From assembly GCA_963700285.1 (NCBI GenBank), contig CAVOXA010000010.1, positions 1,920,001-1,984,000 of the forward strand: a stretch of 64,000 nt of DNA, in the 5' to 3' direction. Positions 37,681 through 48,286 of this stretch are shown here, piece after piece. Under the pieces are notes generated by a model. It saw only the letters and a list, made by a program, of their open reading frames with translations, did no database searches and was not told the origin of the DNA. The number at the start of each line of letters is the position of its first letter. The stretch's first letter is position 1. The DNA comes from an uncultured Chloroflexia bacterium (GTDB lineage Bacteria; Chloroflexota; Anaerolineae; JAAYZQ01). A program made the translations under genes and the position numbers.

Positions 37681-38193
37681 CTAGACCGACTCGGGCTGGT
37701 ACGGGGCCTGTGACATGTCACCCACAAACTGCGGCAGGTCGCGGTGTCCCAGTAGCTGCCGGATGGCGTGCGCCTCTCCGAGATGGTACCAGTAGTGATC
37801 CACATTCCGCAGCAACATGGTACCGATGCTCTCTCGCCACGGCTCTCCCTTCCATTCCAGATGGGTCTGCAGCTTCTCTGTCGTCAGCGTGTCCAGGAAC
37901 TCATCGGCAGCTGACGTGACGGTCCGCCACGTTGCCCACATCTCGTCCAGAGGTGGGGTACTGGCAGGCCGTCCAGAGCCGACCAGATCGTTCAACTCGG
38001 GAGCCAGGTTCCGTCCCTGGGCTACTCTGACCCAGTAACCATGTTCCTGGTTGGCCAGGTGGCCGATGATCCAGCTAATACAGTTCATCGGTTCAAACCG
38101 GTGACGGGCCTCCTCATCTGTGACACCGTCCAGGCCACGTAGGAACTCGCTGCGGGTGAAACGCAATTGGGTGATCAAAGGATGGGTAGACAT
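37681..38193 (-). CDS. DinB-family protein
   Basis: NCISWIIGHLA...HYWYHLGE His pattern; SD GAGGAGGAG. Confidence 0.85.
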   Translation of the reverse strand: MSTHPLITQLRFTRSEFLRGLDGVTDEEARHRFEPMNCISWIIGHLANQEHGYWVRVAQGRNLAPELNDLVGSGRPASTPPLDEMWATWRTVTSAADEFLDTLTTEKLQTHLEWKGEPWRESIGTMLLRNVDHYWYHLGEAHAIRQLLGHRDLPQFVGDMSQAPYQPESV

Positions 38194-38433
38194 GGCATTC
38201 TCCTCCTCTTGTCTTCCAGAACACTGGACCAGCGTGGAACCTTGGATCAAGGAGTTCCATTATAGCTATCTTCGGGCCAGGAAGCAAGCCCGGGTAGTCT
38301 ATTTGGAGTACACCACCCGCGTAGGAATCTTGCTTAGGGGTGGTGCTCATGCTGTCGGTTCAGCCCACTTCGAGTGCTATCTGGCATGTATCGTGCAGCG
38401 CACATCACAGTGCAGCGTCACGCCAGAACTCAG

Positions 38434-38472
38434 AAGGCATGGTTTGGACTTTCATGGTCCAAACCATGCCTT
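38434..38472. terminator. 16-bp perfect hairpin, probable terminator
   Basis: AAGGCATGGTTTGGAC-N7-GTCCAAACCATGCCTT. Confidence 0.6.
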
Positions 38473-39654
38473 TGTTCTGCGTACCTTGGATGCAGTTGGG
38501 GTATAGGTGCCGATCGCGTGCACCCGCACCACTGCAATGGCGACGGGTACCTGCTCCTCTTGAGGTGGAGTGATGCTCCAGAGTTGATTCGCGCCACCAT
38601 GACAGTCCCACTGGATGATACGCGCTCCACTGCTTCCAGAAGCGCTGTGAACATCCAGACACTTGCCACTGTGGCTGGCAATGGACTTGTGGTAGCTGAC
38701 CACGGTCTCGAGACGCCACTGCTGGTTAGCGCCACCATGGCAGTCCGATTGGATTACAGGTGCTCCGTTGTCCCTAGAGGTACTGTGTACGTCCAGGCAT
38801 CTGCCGCTGTGCATGGCCACGATCCGGTAGTAGCTGCCCATTGGTTCCAGACGCTACTGCTGGTTGGCATTCCCGTGGCAATCCCACTGGATAACTGGCG
38901 CTCCGTTGCTCCCAGGTGCGCCATGCACATCGAGACATTTGCTGCTACGTCTGGCCGTGAGCCGATAGATCCTGGTACCGCCACCAGACCCACGGGTTAC
39001 CTGGATGGACGACGCCCGGTCGTGGCCGATAGCATCATTGCCCAGGTCGGCGTCGCTTCCGGTGAATGTTGAGCTGACTCCTTGGTAGTCATCGTGTTCG
39101 TAGAGGCTGGCCGTCCACTGCCCGACTATGCGGATGGAGGAAGCTGTATCGTTGCCGATGTGCCAGCCCCGAGGGTTGGATGAGTCCTCCGTGAACTTCT
39201 GGCAACGCCCCTGATAGTTGCTGTGCTCGTACAGGTAGACCCCCTCACCTCCGTCGCAATTGCTTGGCTCAGGCGCCCTCTCCCAGCGGAACTGGGCCAC
39301 AGCGTCACCGCCCCTCTCGAAATACTCCACTTTAATCGTATACTCCCCGCCGCTGACACTGCGCCGAACCGGGTGCTCAGTCGCGCCCTGATCCCACCAG
39401 GTGTTGATTATCAGGTAGTTGTCGAGCCACACCCTCATGCCGTCGTCCGTCCGGGCAATAAAGGTGTAGGTGCCTTGGGGGATGAGCGCCCGGCCTGTCC
39501 AGCGTACGGAAAAGTTGTCATTCGGCGCGCCCTGACCGGGACCCTAACCGCGCCAATCGTGGCTGACTGGCCAGCCCTCGCACCGAACCAACTGTGGAGC
39601 GCCTTGCAGAGAGTTGCTGGCAAAGTACTCGGCTCGGTACTGCCCAGAGCAATA
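38452..39654 (-). pseudogene. 5'-truncated PA14 + beta/gamma-crystallin + ricin-B lectin protein with two in-frame TAG stops
   Basis: AEYF...DNFSVRWTG...TDDGMRVWLD (PA14); LYEHSNYQG and NDTASSIR (crystallin); three KCLDV...QWDCHG.ANQ.W-type repeats; TAG at 39544-39546 and 38854-38856. Confidence 0.85.
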
Positions 39655-39656
39655 GG

Positions 39657-40013
39657 TCGCAGTCGAAGCCAACGACACCAGCCCGATCTGGTCCCCGGAC
39701 GGCACTCAGGTGACCTTTGTCCGCCGCCAGCACGACCACTGGGAGATCGATGTGGTCAATGCCGATGGCAGCGGCCTCACCCGGCTGACAGATACACCGG
39801 CACTACCCGATGGGACAGTGGGCAACAGCGTCTCCCTGGCCTGGTTGCCGGACGGAAACTCTCGCCTTTCTCACCGACCAGAGCGGTGAGTGGGAGATCT
39901 GGGTCATAGGTCCCGATGGCGGCGATCCTGGGCCCTTGTTTGATAGCGAGTTGGATGGTTTGACGCTGGACTATGCCTTTGTCAGTGAGAGGGCCATCTC
40001 CTGGACTGACTGA
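39657..40013 (+). pseudogene. C-terminal fragment of a TolB-like (PD40) beta-propeller protein
   Basis: PIWSPDGTQVTF...VVNADGSGLTRLT...WLPDG, then a frameshift, then LAFLTDQSGEWEIWVIGPDGG; no start. Confidence 0.75.
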
Positions 40014-40153
40014 AGCCACCTGCCTCTCTCCATTTCCAACACGCGACAGATCCTAGGGTTTCGGAAGAACCCAAGGCCTTGATACCAGGGCCAAGAGCCA
40101 CGTCCATGGAGAAAACTGGCTCAGGCGGTACCCATCGCAATGGAGATGACTGC

Positions 40154-40182
40154 TTGACTAAATGGCTTCTCCCGTGTAGACT
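40154..40182 (+). promoter_or_regulatory. sigma70-type promoter
   Basis: TTGACT-17bp-TAGACT upstream of 40242. Confidence 0.55.
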
Positions 40183-40241
40183 GGGTCAACTATGGCAAAG
40201 AACGACTGAGCAGACGCTGTTGGTGTGTACAGGAGAAGCCA

Positions 40242-43010
40242 GTGTCCATCTCATTTACTCTGAACAAGATGCTGGTCACGGTCAAAGCCGGGCCAGTCAT
40301 GCCGCTGCTGGACGTACTACGGGACGAACTGGGTTTGACCGGAACGAAGCAGGGATGCGACCACGAGGGCGAGTGCGGCGCCTGCACTGTGCTATTGGAT
40401 GGTTGGCCGATACGCTCCTGCCTGACACCAGTAGGCAAGGTTTCCGGCCGGCGAGTGGATACGGTCGAGGGCCTGGGTACCCCCGAGCACCTACATCCCC
40501 TGCAGGCGGCGTTCATCGACGTGGGTGCGGTGCAGTGCGGCTACTGCACACCCGGGATGCTGATGGCGGCCAAGGGGCTGCTCGACCGCTACCCAGACCC
40601 AAGCCCCGAACAGGTCCGAGATGCGCTGGAGGGCAACCTCTGTCGCTGCACCGGCTACAAGCGCATCGTGATGGCCGTCGAGATTGCCGCTGCGCGGCTG
40701 CGCGGCGAGGAAGTTGACTTTTCTCCAGTACAGGGGCCGGCGATGGGCGGCGATCACCGGCGCAGGGACGCTGTCGACAAGGTGACCGGCCAGAGACCTG
40801 AGCCCCTGGAACCCGGCTACGTTGAGGACATGGTGATGCCCGGAATGTTGTACGCCAGGGTTGTGCGCAGTCCGCACCCCCATGCCCGTCTTGTTTCCCT
40901 CGATGCTGAGCAAGCCCTCCGGTCCCCGGGTGTGATACGGGTCCTCACCGCAAAAGACATCCCAGGCGAAAACGGACTGGGTTCCTACAGCTCCAACGAA
41001 CCGATCCTGACGCCTGTGGGTATGACGGCCAAGATGGCCGGCGCGCCCGTCGCCCTGGTCATAGCCTCCACCCCGGAGCAGGCTGAAGCAGGATCGGAAG
41101 CGGTGGAGATAGCGTATCAGATCCTGCCTCACACCTTTGAGGCAGAGGATGCCCTCGCCGACGATGCGTTCCGGATCTACCCCAAAGGCAATGTATTGAC
41201 GTCTTTTGAGGTAAAGCACGGTGACCTGGACCGTGCCTTCTCGGAATCGGACACGATCCTGGAGACGCGGTACCGGACCGCGTACCTGGAGCACAGTGCA
41301 CTGGAGCGTGAGGCAACGCTGGGCTACATCGACGAGCGGGGGCGGGTCACTGTTGTCGGTGCTACCCACGAGCCGCATTGGCACCAGGGCTACATCGCGT
41401 CGACGCTGGCGCTCGATCCCGAGGAGGTACGGTTTGTTACGCCGCCCATCGGCGGCTCTTTTGGGGGGAAGCAAGACCCCTGGCCCGCCGTAGCCGTGGG
41501 GCTGGCGGTCTATCACCTGCGCCAGCCGGTGCGCCTGGCCTACTCGCGACAGGAATCATTTGAAGCCTCACCCAAGCGGCACCCCTACCGGGTGGATTAT
41601 CGTATCGGCGCCCAGCAGGACGGGCACTTGACCGGCATCCAGGTCCGTATCGAGGCCAACACCGGTGGCTACGATGCCCATGGCCAGTATATCCCCGATT
41701 ACGCCGTCACGGCCAGCGGCGGTCCCTATCGCTGGCAAGCCGTCGATGCCCGCGCGCAAAGCGTATACACCAATGGCCCCAAGAGCGGCCAATTCCGCGG
41801 ATTCGGCAATTCGCAATCGGCTTTCGCCCTGGAATGTACCCTGGACGAACTGGCCCAGCGATTGGGGCTCGACCCCCTGGAGTTCCGGCTGAGGAACGCC
41901 CTCGAGGATGGCTCGATCTCCTTCCTTGGCTACCCCGTCGCAGAGTCGATGGGTTATGCCGAGGTATTGGCGACTATCCGGCCGCACTATCTGACATTGC
42001 TAGAAGGGGCAGCCAAGTTCAACGGTGATGGCGTGCTGCGCAAGGGTGTGGGCTTTGCCGGGATGTGGTACCGGTTCGGCAAGTCTGGCTCGCTGCGCGT
42101 CGAGGCCCACGCCGAGCTGGCGCCTGACGGGCACTTTGTGATTTATGCCTCTGCGCCCGACTATGGGCAGGGTACCAATACCATGTTGAGCCAGCTTGCG
42201 GCCGAGATGCTCAAGACATCCCGGGACCAAATCGAGCTGATCAACGCCGACACGGCCCTGACGCCCGACAGCGGCATCCAGGGTGCTTCCCGTTCGACCT
42301 ATTTTGTCGGCGGCGCAGTCCGCCAGGTTGCCTACAATCTCAGACTGGCCATTGACCACACCGCCGCAGAGATTTTGGACTGTCCCCCCACAGATATCGC
42401 TGTTGAAGGCGAAAACGTGGTCTGCACCAGTGCCCCTTCCAGGGTTGTCTCGCTGGCATCGGTGGCCGCCGAATTCGACCGCATGGGTATGTCCCGAAGG
42501 ATCCAGGGTTTCTTTGACCTCAGCCCCCAATTCCCCGACGAGACCAGACCCGAATATGTCCCTCTATTCTGTACCGCCGCTCAGGCGGCCGAGGTCATCG
42601 TCGACCTCCGCACGGGCTCCGTGGAAGTCACCCGCGTAATAGTAGTTCAAGACGCCGGACGAGTCGTCAATCCGGTGGATGCCAGGGGGCAACTGGAGGG
42701 TGCGGTGCTGATGGGGCTGGGCGCTGCCCTGATGGAGGAATTCATCCCCGGGGTCACCAGCGGCTTTGGCGATTATTATCTGCCCACCATCAAGTCGATG
42801 CCCGAAATTGAGACGATATTTGTCGAGGTACCCAGCCGCCACGGCCCCCTGGGTGTAAAGGGGTTGGCCGAAGCGGCCATGCTTCCCTCAACACCGGCCA
42901 TCATCAACGCTGTGTCACGGGCCATCGGCGTGCGCCTGCGGCAGGTGCCTGCAACACCTGAAAGGGTACTGAAAGCGATCCAGCTCAAGCAGAGGGGGCA
43001 TGGGGAATAA
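40242..43010 (+). CDS. Xanthine dehydrogenase / aldehyde oxidoreductase family, fused 2Fe-2S + molybdopterin subunit
   Basis: GCDHEGECGAC, QCGYC, NLCRCTGY, GGSFGGK, FRGFG, KGLAEAA. Confidence 0.92.
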   Translation: MSISFTLNKMLVTVKAGPVMPLLDVLRDELGLTGTKQGCDHEGECGACTVLLDGWPIRSCLTPVGKVSGRRVDTVEGLGTPEHLHPLQAAFIDVGAVQCGYCTPGMLMAAKGLLDRYPDPSPEQVRDALEGNLCRCTGYKRIVMAVEIAAARLRGEEVDFSPVQGPAMGGDHRRRDAVDKVTGQRPEPLEPGYVEDMVMPGMLYARVVRSPHPHARLVSLDAEQALRSPGVIRVLTAKDIPGENGLGSYSSNEPILTPVGMTAKMAGAPVALVIASTPEQAEAGSEAVEIAYQILPHTFEAEDALADDAFRIYPKGNVLTSFEVKHGDLDRAFSESDTILETRYRTAYLEHSALEREATLGYIDERGRVTVVGATHEPHWHQGYIASTLALDPEEVRFVTPPIGGSFGGKQDPWPAVAVGLAVYHLRQPVRLAYSRQESFEASPKRHPYRVDYRIGAQQDGHLTGIQVRIEANTGGYDAHGQYIPDYAVTASGGPYRWQAVDARAQSVYTNGPKSGQFRGFGNSQSAFALECTLDELAQRLGLDPLEFRLRNALEDGSISFLGYPVAESMGYAEVLATIRPHYLTLLEGAAKFNGDGVLRKGVGFAGMWYRFGKSGSLRVEAHAELAPDGHFVIYASAPDYGQGTNTMLSQLAAEMLKTSRDQIELINADTALTPDSGIQGASRSTYFVGGAVRQVAYNLRLAIDHTAAEILDCPPTDIAVEGENVVCTSAPSRVVSLASVAAEFDRMGMSRRIQGFFDLSPQFPDETRPEYVPLFCTAAQAAEVIVDLRTGSVEVTRVIVVQDAGRVVNPVDARGQLEGAVLMGLGAALMEEFIPGVTSGFGDYYLPTIKSMPEIETIFVEVPSRHGPLGVKGLAEAAMLPSTPAIINAVSRAIGVRLRQVPATPERVLKAIQLKQRGHGE

Positions 43011-43012
43011 TC

Positions 43013-43936
43013 ATGCGACAGGCTGAAATGGACACAGCCGGGCCACAGGCCGTCGAGTATGTGTTTCCTGCCTCCATTGAGGAGACAACCCAGATCCTGG
43101 AACGCCACGCCGGAGGTGCCCGCATCATCGCCGGCGGCACCGACGTGCTACCCGAGATCCGTGAGGGAAAACTGCAAGGCAAGCTCTGTCCCCGCTGCCT
43201 GGTAGATATCACGCGCATCCCTGAACTGGACCAGATCCGGATCACCCAGGATTTCGTAGAGGTCGGGGCCGCAGTAACCTTTGGCAATATCAGAGATTCC
43301 AGCTTTGTCAACAAATGGATCCACGCCCTGGCCGATGCCGCGCGGTGTGTAGGCGCCGAGGCCATCCAGAACGCGGCAACCTGGGTAGGCAATCTGGTAC
43401 AAGCCATGCCGGCCGCCGACGGGGCCATCATCGCTCTCGTGCTGGATGCCGAAGCGCGGATCGTGGATCGTAACGGGGAGGTGTGGCGGCCTGTCACGTC
43501 GCTGTTCCGCGGACCTGGGGCCTCTGTCGTGGATCCGACACGCCAGTTTGTGACGCACATACGTTTTCCTCGTCCCAACAGCCGCTGGGGGACGGCCTGG
43601 GGTCGTATTGGGCGCCGGCCGTCGCTGGTACTGCCGGTTCTGAACTGTGCCGTGAGACTGTGCCTGGACACCAAAGGGCAGCAGGTCGAGACGGTGAGGA
43701 TTGCACTAGGGCCAGTGGCTCCCTGCCCCTATCGGGCACGCGGGGCGGAGGCCTATCTCGAGGGGCAGCCACCTGTCGCAGCGAGCTTTGCCCAGGCAGC
43801 ACACCTGGTTCAGCAGGAGGCCAATCCACGGGACAGCATCACACGCGCGTCCCGCGACTACCGGCTGGCCGTCATCCCGCCTATGATTGAGGCTGCTCTG
43901 GAGACCGCGGCCCGGCGGGCTTTGGAATCCTGCTAA
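43013..43936 (+). CDS. FAD-binding subunit of a xanthine-dehydrogenase-family enzyme
   Basis: IAGGTD, IQNAATWVGN, PAADG, ASRDYR. Confidence 0.9.
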   Translation: MRQAEMDTAGPQAVEYVFPASIEETTQILERHAGGARIIAGGTDVLPEIREGKLQGKLCPRCLVDITRIPELDQIRITQDFVEVGAAVTFGNIRDSSFVNKWIHALADAARCVGAEAIQNAATWVGNLVQAMPAADGAIIALVLDAEARIVDRNGEVWRPVTSLFRGPGASVVDPTRQFVTHIRFPRPNSRWGTAWGRIGRRPSLVLPVLNCAVRLCLDTKGQQVETVRIALGPVAPCPYRARGAEAYLEGQPPVAASFAQAAHLVQQEANPRDSITRASRDYRLAVIPPMIEAALETAARRALESC

Positions 43937-43999
43937 TCTTGCTAGAGTCCCGTGCTTTTCCCCGGTCAGGACTGATCCGCGACCGAGTCCACTCAGTGA

Positions 44000-46279
44000 T
44001 CAGTCGCTTTCCGCAGTGTTGGGTGCTTGGGCGAGCACAGGAGGGACTCGTCCGACCACGAAGGCCAGCCGTGTGTGCCAGGGAATGGTCTGGTTGGCCA
44101 GTTGGCCTTCAAAGACAGCCCGCACCAGGGCGAGCTCATCGCCCGTGATCCCATCACACCCAATAGGATGCAGCAGGTGTTGGGCGTAGGAAGGGCGCTC
44201 GCTCTGTGGTTCCGTCGCAAACCAGCGCTCCAAGGTGGCTTTGCTGACAATCATTTCTGCCTCTTGGACCTGTTCCTCAACGAGCACTTTTTCGAAACCA
44301 GCCGCCACCAACGCGCGCTGCAAATCTGTCACGTCCCAGCTCACAAGTGGGTCATCAAGGCTGGCATAGATCTGCTCCTCGGCCTCAATCACTCGCCGCT
44401 GGAGATCGTCGCCCAAGGGGGCAAGATCAACCAGATCGTATAGCCGCTGGGCATGTCTTACCACCGTCTCAGCTAGGCTGAGGCGTCCGCCTGGACGGAA
44501 CACTGGGACCAATAGACACAGCGCCGCGCACTTGTCCGGGATGTGGGCCAGGGTGTTGCGGCCCACGATGGCATCAAAGCGCAGTTCGGTCTCACCGCGC
44601 AGCGCCAACAGCTCGGGAAGCTCGTCGGGCGCACCTACGATGACCACGGGGCGCTCCAATTCCGGCAGCTGTTCAACCTGCTGGCGCAGGCCCTCACCAG
44701 CCTTCCGGTCCTGGGCAAGAACCCAGGTTCCACCCTCGGGCGTGCGCCGCAAGATCTCCCAGGTCAGCAGTCCAGAACCGGCATTGAGATCCAGCACGAC
44801 GTGGTGGCGCTGCACCTGAGCAGCATCCAAGATCCGGTCGCGCACCTGTCCCAATCGCTCCCCGGCGTTGCCGATGGTACGCTGCAGCCATCTATCGTGG
44901 GCTCGGTCCCCGACGGTATAGGTCAATACCTCGAGCTGGCTTTCCCCCTCGACCATAGCTGCCAGTTGGGCCTCGCGACGGCGGGCCACCTGGTCGCGGA
45001 TGCGCCGCTCGTAGCCCTGATCGCTCGGCTGATAAAAAGTCCGCCCCTGGAGGGCGTCGGGCAGGTACTGCTGGGCGATCCAGTGCTCGCGGAAAGCGTG
45101 GGGATAGAGGTAGCCTTGGCCATGACCAAAACCCTCCTTGTCGCGGCTGCCATCCTTGAGGTGGGTGGGCACCTCGCCCTCTCGCTCCTGCTCCACGAGG
45201 GTCAGGGCATCAAAGAAGGCCAGGGTAGAGTTGGACTTGGGGGCCGTGGCCAGGTAAAGGACCGCTTCGGCCAAGTGAAAGCGGCCTTCGGGCAGGCCTA
45301 CCCGATCAAAGGCATCGGCGCAGGCCATGACCACGTGGAGAGCGTTGGCGTCGGCCAAGCCTACGTCTTCGCCGGCAAAGATCAGCATCCGGCGAAAGAT
45401 AAAACGGGGATCCTCTCCAGCATAGACCATCTTGGCCAGCCAGTACAGTGCCGCATCGGGGTCGGAGCCGCGCAGCGACTTGATAAAAGCGCTGATGGTG
45501 TCATAGTGATAGTCGCCGTCCTTGTCATAGAGCACTGCCCGGCGCTGGATACTCTCCTCAGCCACGGCCATGTCCACAACAATGACACCACCCTCGTTGG
45601 GTGGGGTAGTTTCCAGGGCCAGTTCCAGGGCATTGAGCACACCTCGGGCATCGCCGTTGGCCACATCCACCAGGTGGCTCAGGGCCTCATCGTGGATATC
45701 CACTTCTAACTGCCCATAGCCCCGCTCGGGATCGGCCAGGGCGTTTCGGGCAATCGCGCGCAGGTCTCTGTCAGTCAGGGAACGGAACTGGAAGATGCGG
45801 CTGCGACTGACCAGGGGACGGTTGACGCTAAAATAGGGGTTCTCCGTCGTGGCCCCGATCAGGATAACCGTTCCGTTTTCCACCCAAGGCAGGAGAGCAT
45901 CCTGCTGAGCCTTGTTCCAGCGGTGTACCTCATCGACAAAGAGGATGGTGCGCTGGTTGTGCAGGGCGCGTCGTTCTTGAGCCTCTCTAGTCACCCGGCG
46001 GATGTCGGCCACGCCGGCCAGCACGGCGTTGAGGGTTTCAAAGTGACTGGCAGTGGTGTTTGCGATGACCGCAGCCAGGGTCGTCTTGCCAGTGCCAGGC
46101 GGCCCGTAAAAGATGACGGAGGAGAGCTGGTCGGCCTGGATAGCGCGGCGCAGGAGCCGCCCTGGACCGACGATGTGCTCCTGGCCAGCGAATTCGTCCA
46201 GGCTGCGGGGTCGCATCCTGGCAGCCAGTGGTGCCTCGCGCTCGATCTGTTCCCTGCGGGCGTGGTCAAATAGGTCCAT
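44000..46279 (-). CDS. rarA: RarA/MgsA AAA+ ATPase fused to a C-terminal SAM-methyltransferase-like domain
   Basis: APLAARMRP, GPPGTGKTT, DEVHRWNKAQQD, ATTENP, SAFIKSLRGSDPD, YLYPH; then VLDLNAGSG...FDAIVGRN...PGGRL. Confidence 0.9.
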   Translation of the reverse strand: MDLFDHARREQIEREAPLAARMRPRSLDEFAGQEHIVGPGRLLRRAIQADQLSSVIFYGPPGTGKTTLAAVIANTTASHFETLNAVLAGVADIRRVTREAQERRALHNQRTILFVDEVHRWNKAQQDALLPWVENGTVILIGATTENPYFSVNRPLVSRSRIFQFRSLTDRDLRAIARNALADPERGYGQLEVDIHDEALSHLVDVANGDARGVLNALELALETTPPNEGGVIVVDMAVAEESIQRRAVLYDKDGDYHYDTISAFIKSLRGSDPDAALYWLAKMVYAGEDPRFIFRRMLIFAGEDVGLADANALHVVMACADAFDRVGLPEGRFHLAEAVLYLATAPKSNSTLAFFDALTLVEQEREGEVPTHLKDGSRDKEGFGHGQGYLYPHAFREHWIAQQYLPDALQGRTFYQPSDQGYERRIRDQVARRREAQLAAMVEGESQLEVLTYTVGDRAHDRWLQRTIGNAGERLGQVRDRILDAAQVQRHHVVLDLNAGSGLLTWEILRRTPEGGTWVLAQDRKAGEGLRQQVEQLPELERPVVIVGAPDELPELLALRGETELRFDAIVGRNTLAHIPDKCAALCLLVPVFRPGGRLSLAETVVRHAQRLYDLVDLAPLGDDLQRRVIEAEEQIYASLDDPLVSWDVTDLQRALVAAGFEKVLVEEQVQEAEMIVSKATLERWFATEPQSERPSYAQHLLHPIGCDGITGDELALVRAVFEGQLANQTIPWHTRLAFVVGRVPPVLAQAPNTAESD

Positions 46280-46906
46280 AGTTTCTCTCCACCCGCATTG
46301 TACCAGAGAGTGCGAGACTGGGCCAGTCCAACGGCACACTGAGCGAAGCTACCTTGGTATCATCACACGGACATCGTCAACTCTGTCATTCTGGGCAAAC
46401 CCACTGCACCTGGGCGCAACCTATCTGGCAATCGTGTGCCAGAGCAGTTGTGATTTCACTTCATCCCTTTCTCAAAAAAGAGCCGAGCTTCCAGGTCAGA
46501 TGGCGATGCGAAGCCATCGGTCTCTATTGGGAAACACGTGCAATCAGATTCTGTCACACCCTGGGGTAAGGGAAAGCAATCTCTGGTTGTCTAGAACAGA
46601 TGAAGGTAGCAGCTTTTCCGCCGAGGCTGGGGGTGAGTAGCCAGCCAAAGTGCGCCCTCTTACGGACAGTCAAGGCTGGATCTTGTATGATGGGTCTGCC
46701 ATGCCGCCTTGCGCGTTCCCCACGCCTGGACGTGGTGGACAGCACAGGTGGCAACACAGGTTTGATCGAATTTGCCGTCTTTGGTACGCCTTTCGAGAAC
46801 TAGCCACGTCTGCAAGCAGCGGGCAGAGTGCAGAGTGCAAGATCCTTTCGTGGCGCGACTCTTTTCCGCACAGCCGCTGGTATGAATGAGGGAAAGAAGG
46901 AGACCT

Positions 46907-47596
46907 ATGAACCACTACCAAGTTCTATCCTGGGCAGCAGTAGCCAGTTTATTGCTGCTGGCCACTGCCTGTAGTCCGGCGTCTACTCCGGCGGACATCG
47001 GTGAGGTCGCTTCGATCGCTGCACCAACGGCTGGACCGCCTGCCACGGCGGCGGACACACCTACGAACCTTCCTCCCACCCTGCCGGCTGCCACGATGAC
47101 GGCCACTGCCACCAGCCAGCTACCAACCCAACCGCCTGCCGCCGTGGCGCCCACTGCCACCAGCCCGCCGCCGACCGAGATCCCGTCCACGCCAACCAAT
47201 GCGCCCTCGCCTTCACCATCGGCCGTGGGCCAAGCCAACGCTGACGTCTTGCACGTCAGGGCGTTGCAAGCTCGTGATGGCTCCTGGACGTTTTACGTGA
47301 CGGTCGAGCATCCCGACACTGGCTGGGAGGATTACGCTGATGGCTGGGATGTCGTCACCCCGGACGGGACGGTGCTCAAGCCTGACCCAGACAGCCCCTT
47401 CACCCGGCTCCTGCTCCACCCCCATGAGGCCGAGCAACCCTTTACCCGCAGCCAGAGTGGCATCGTCATTCCGGAGGGTGTCACCCAGGTACAGGTCCGC
47501 GCCCACGACCTCGCAGACGGCTTTGGTGGGCGCGAGGTGCTGGTGGATCTGACGGTCGTAGTGGGAGATGGCTTCGAGGTCGAGCGTAGTCCGTGA
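46907..47596 (+). CDS. Lipoprotein with a Pro/Thr linker and a conserved C-terminal domain of unknown function
   Basis: Lipobox ATAC; HPDTGWEDYADGW...LLHPHEAEQPFTRS...RAHD. Confidence 0.75.
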   Translation: MNHYQVLSWAAVASLLLLATACSPASTPADIGEVASIAAPTAGPPATAADTPTNLPPTLPAATMTATATSQLPTQPPAAVAPTATSPPPTEIPSTPTNAPSPSPSAVGQANADVLHVRALQARDGSWTFYVTVEHPDTGWEDYADGWDVVTPDGTVLKPDPDSPFTRLLLHPHEAEQPFTRSQSGIVIPEGVTQVQVRAHDLADGFGGREVLVDLTVVVGDGFEVERSP

Positions 47597-47682
47597 TCCA
47601 AGATGAGACGTATTGCGTGGTACGTGTTTCGTGATGCGCGGTACACGATGCAGCACTTTACGAATCGCGCACCACGAAACAC

Positions 47683-48189
47683 CTACTCTGCGTGCCGGAC
47701 CAGCTCAGACAGGGACTTGCGTTCCTTGGCCCTGAGGCTGTCCGCCGGATAGCCCAGTGGCGTAAAGATGACCGGTTCAACGCCCTCCGATAGCTGCAGC
47801 ACCTCGCGCGCAGCCGCCGGGTCAAAGGCTGCGATCCAGCAGGTACCCAGGCCCAGATCCGTGGCGGCCAGGATCAAGTGATCCATGGCGATGGCAACAT
47901 CTACGTCCACGTAGGGCTTGCCATCCATACGCCTCCAGCCTCGATCCGGGATCCCACAGGCGCAGATGACCAGTGGCGCCTGGGTGAACCACCCCTGCGG
48001 GTAGATGCGCCCTAGCTCGGCCTCGCGACCTGCCGTAGGGATGACGATCAGTTGGAATGGCTGCCGGTTCGCGGCAGTAGGCGCCAGACGCGCCGCTTCA
48101 AGCGCCTGCTGTACTTTCTCCTCCTCCACCGGGTCGGGCTTGTAGGCCCGGACACTGTAGCGCTTTCGAATCAGTTCTGAAAACTCCAT
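47683..48189 (-). CDS. Nitroreductase family protein
   Basis: RYSVRAY, APTAANRQP, GLGTCWI. Confidence 0.92.
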   Translation of the reverse strand: MEFSELIRKRYSVRAYKPDPVEEEKVQQALEAARLAPTAANRQPFQLIVIPTAGREAELGRIYPQGWFTQAPLVICACGIPDRGWRRMDGKPYVDVDVAIAMDHLILAATDLGLGTCWIAAFDPAAAREVLQLSEGVEPVIFTPLGYPADSLRAKERKSLSELVRHAE

Positions 48190-48286
48190 CGCTTGCCTCC
48201 TTGGATTGGCTTTAGGCTACCAACCAGCTTTGCTTCTCATCCAGCCCCGGCTCAACCTACGGCCAAGGGATGTTGCCTGTTTTCCG

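Noticed and set aside
37494-37810. DinB duplicate as a diversity-generating retroelement TR/VR pair
   Set aside because: The differences are not adenine-specific, many are synonymous third-position changes, and no reverse transcriptase is in the window
38854-39546. Pyrrolysine or amber recoding of the lectin gene
   Set aside because: TAG ends several intact genes here (nitroreductase, transglutaminase, dtd), one TAG replaces a conserved Trp by a single G>A change, the gene is 5'-truncated, and no pyl genes are visible
40790-40820. Possible short insertion (QRPEPLEPG) after KVTG in the xanthine dehydrogenase
   Set aside because: No palindrome, duplication or internal reference to support it without an alignment
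46392-46450. c-di-GMP-I riboswitch-like GGCAAACCCA...TGGGCGCAA
   Set aside because: It lacks the GNRA tetraloop and a recognisable receptor stem and is far from a start codon; cmscan would be needed to revive it
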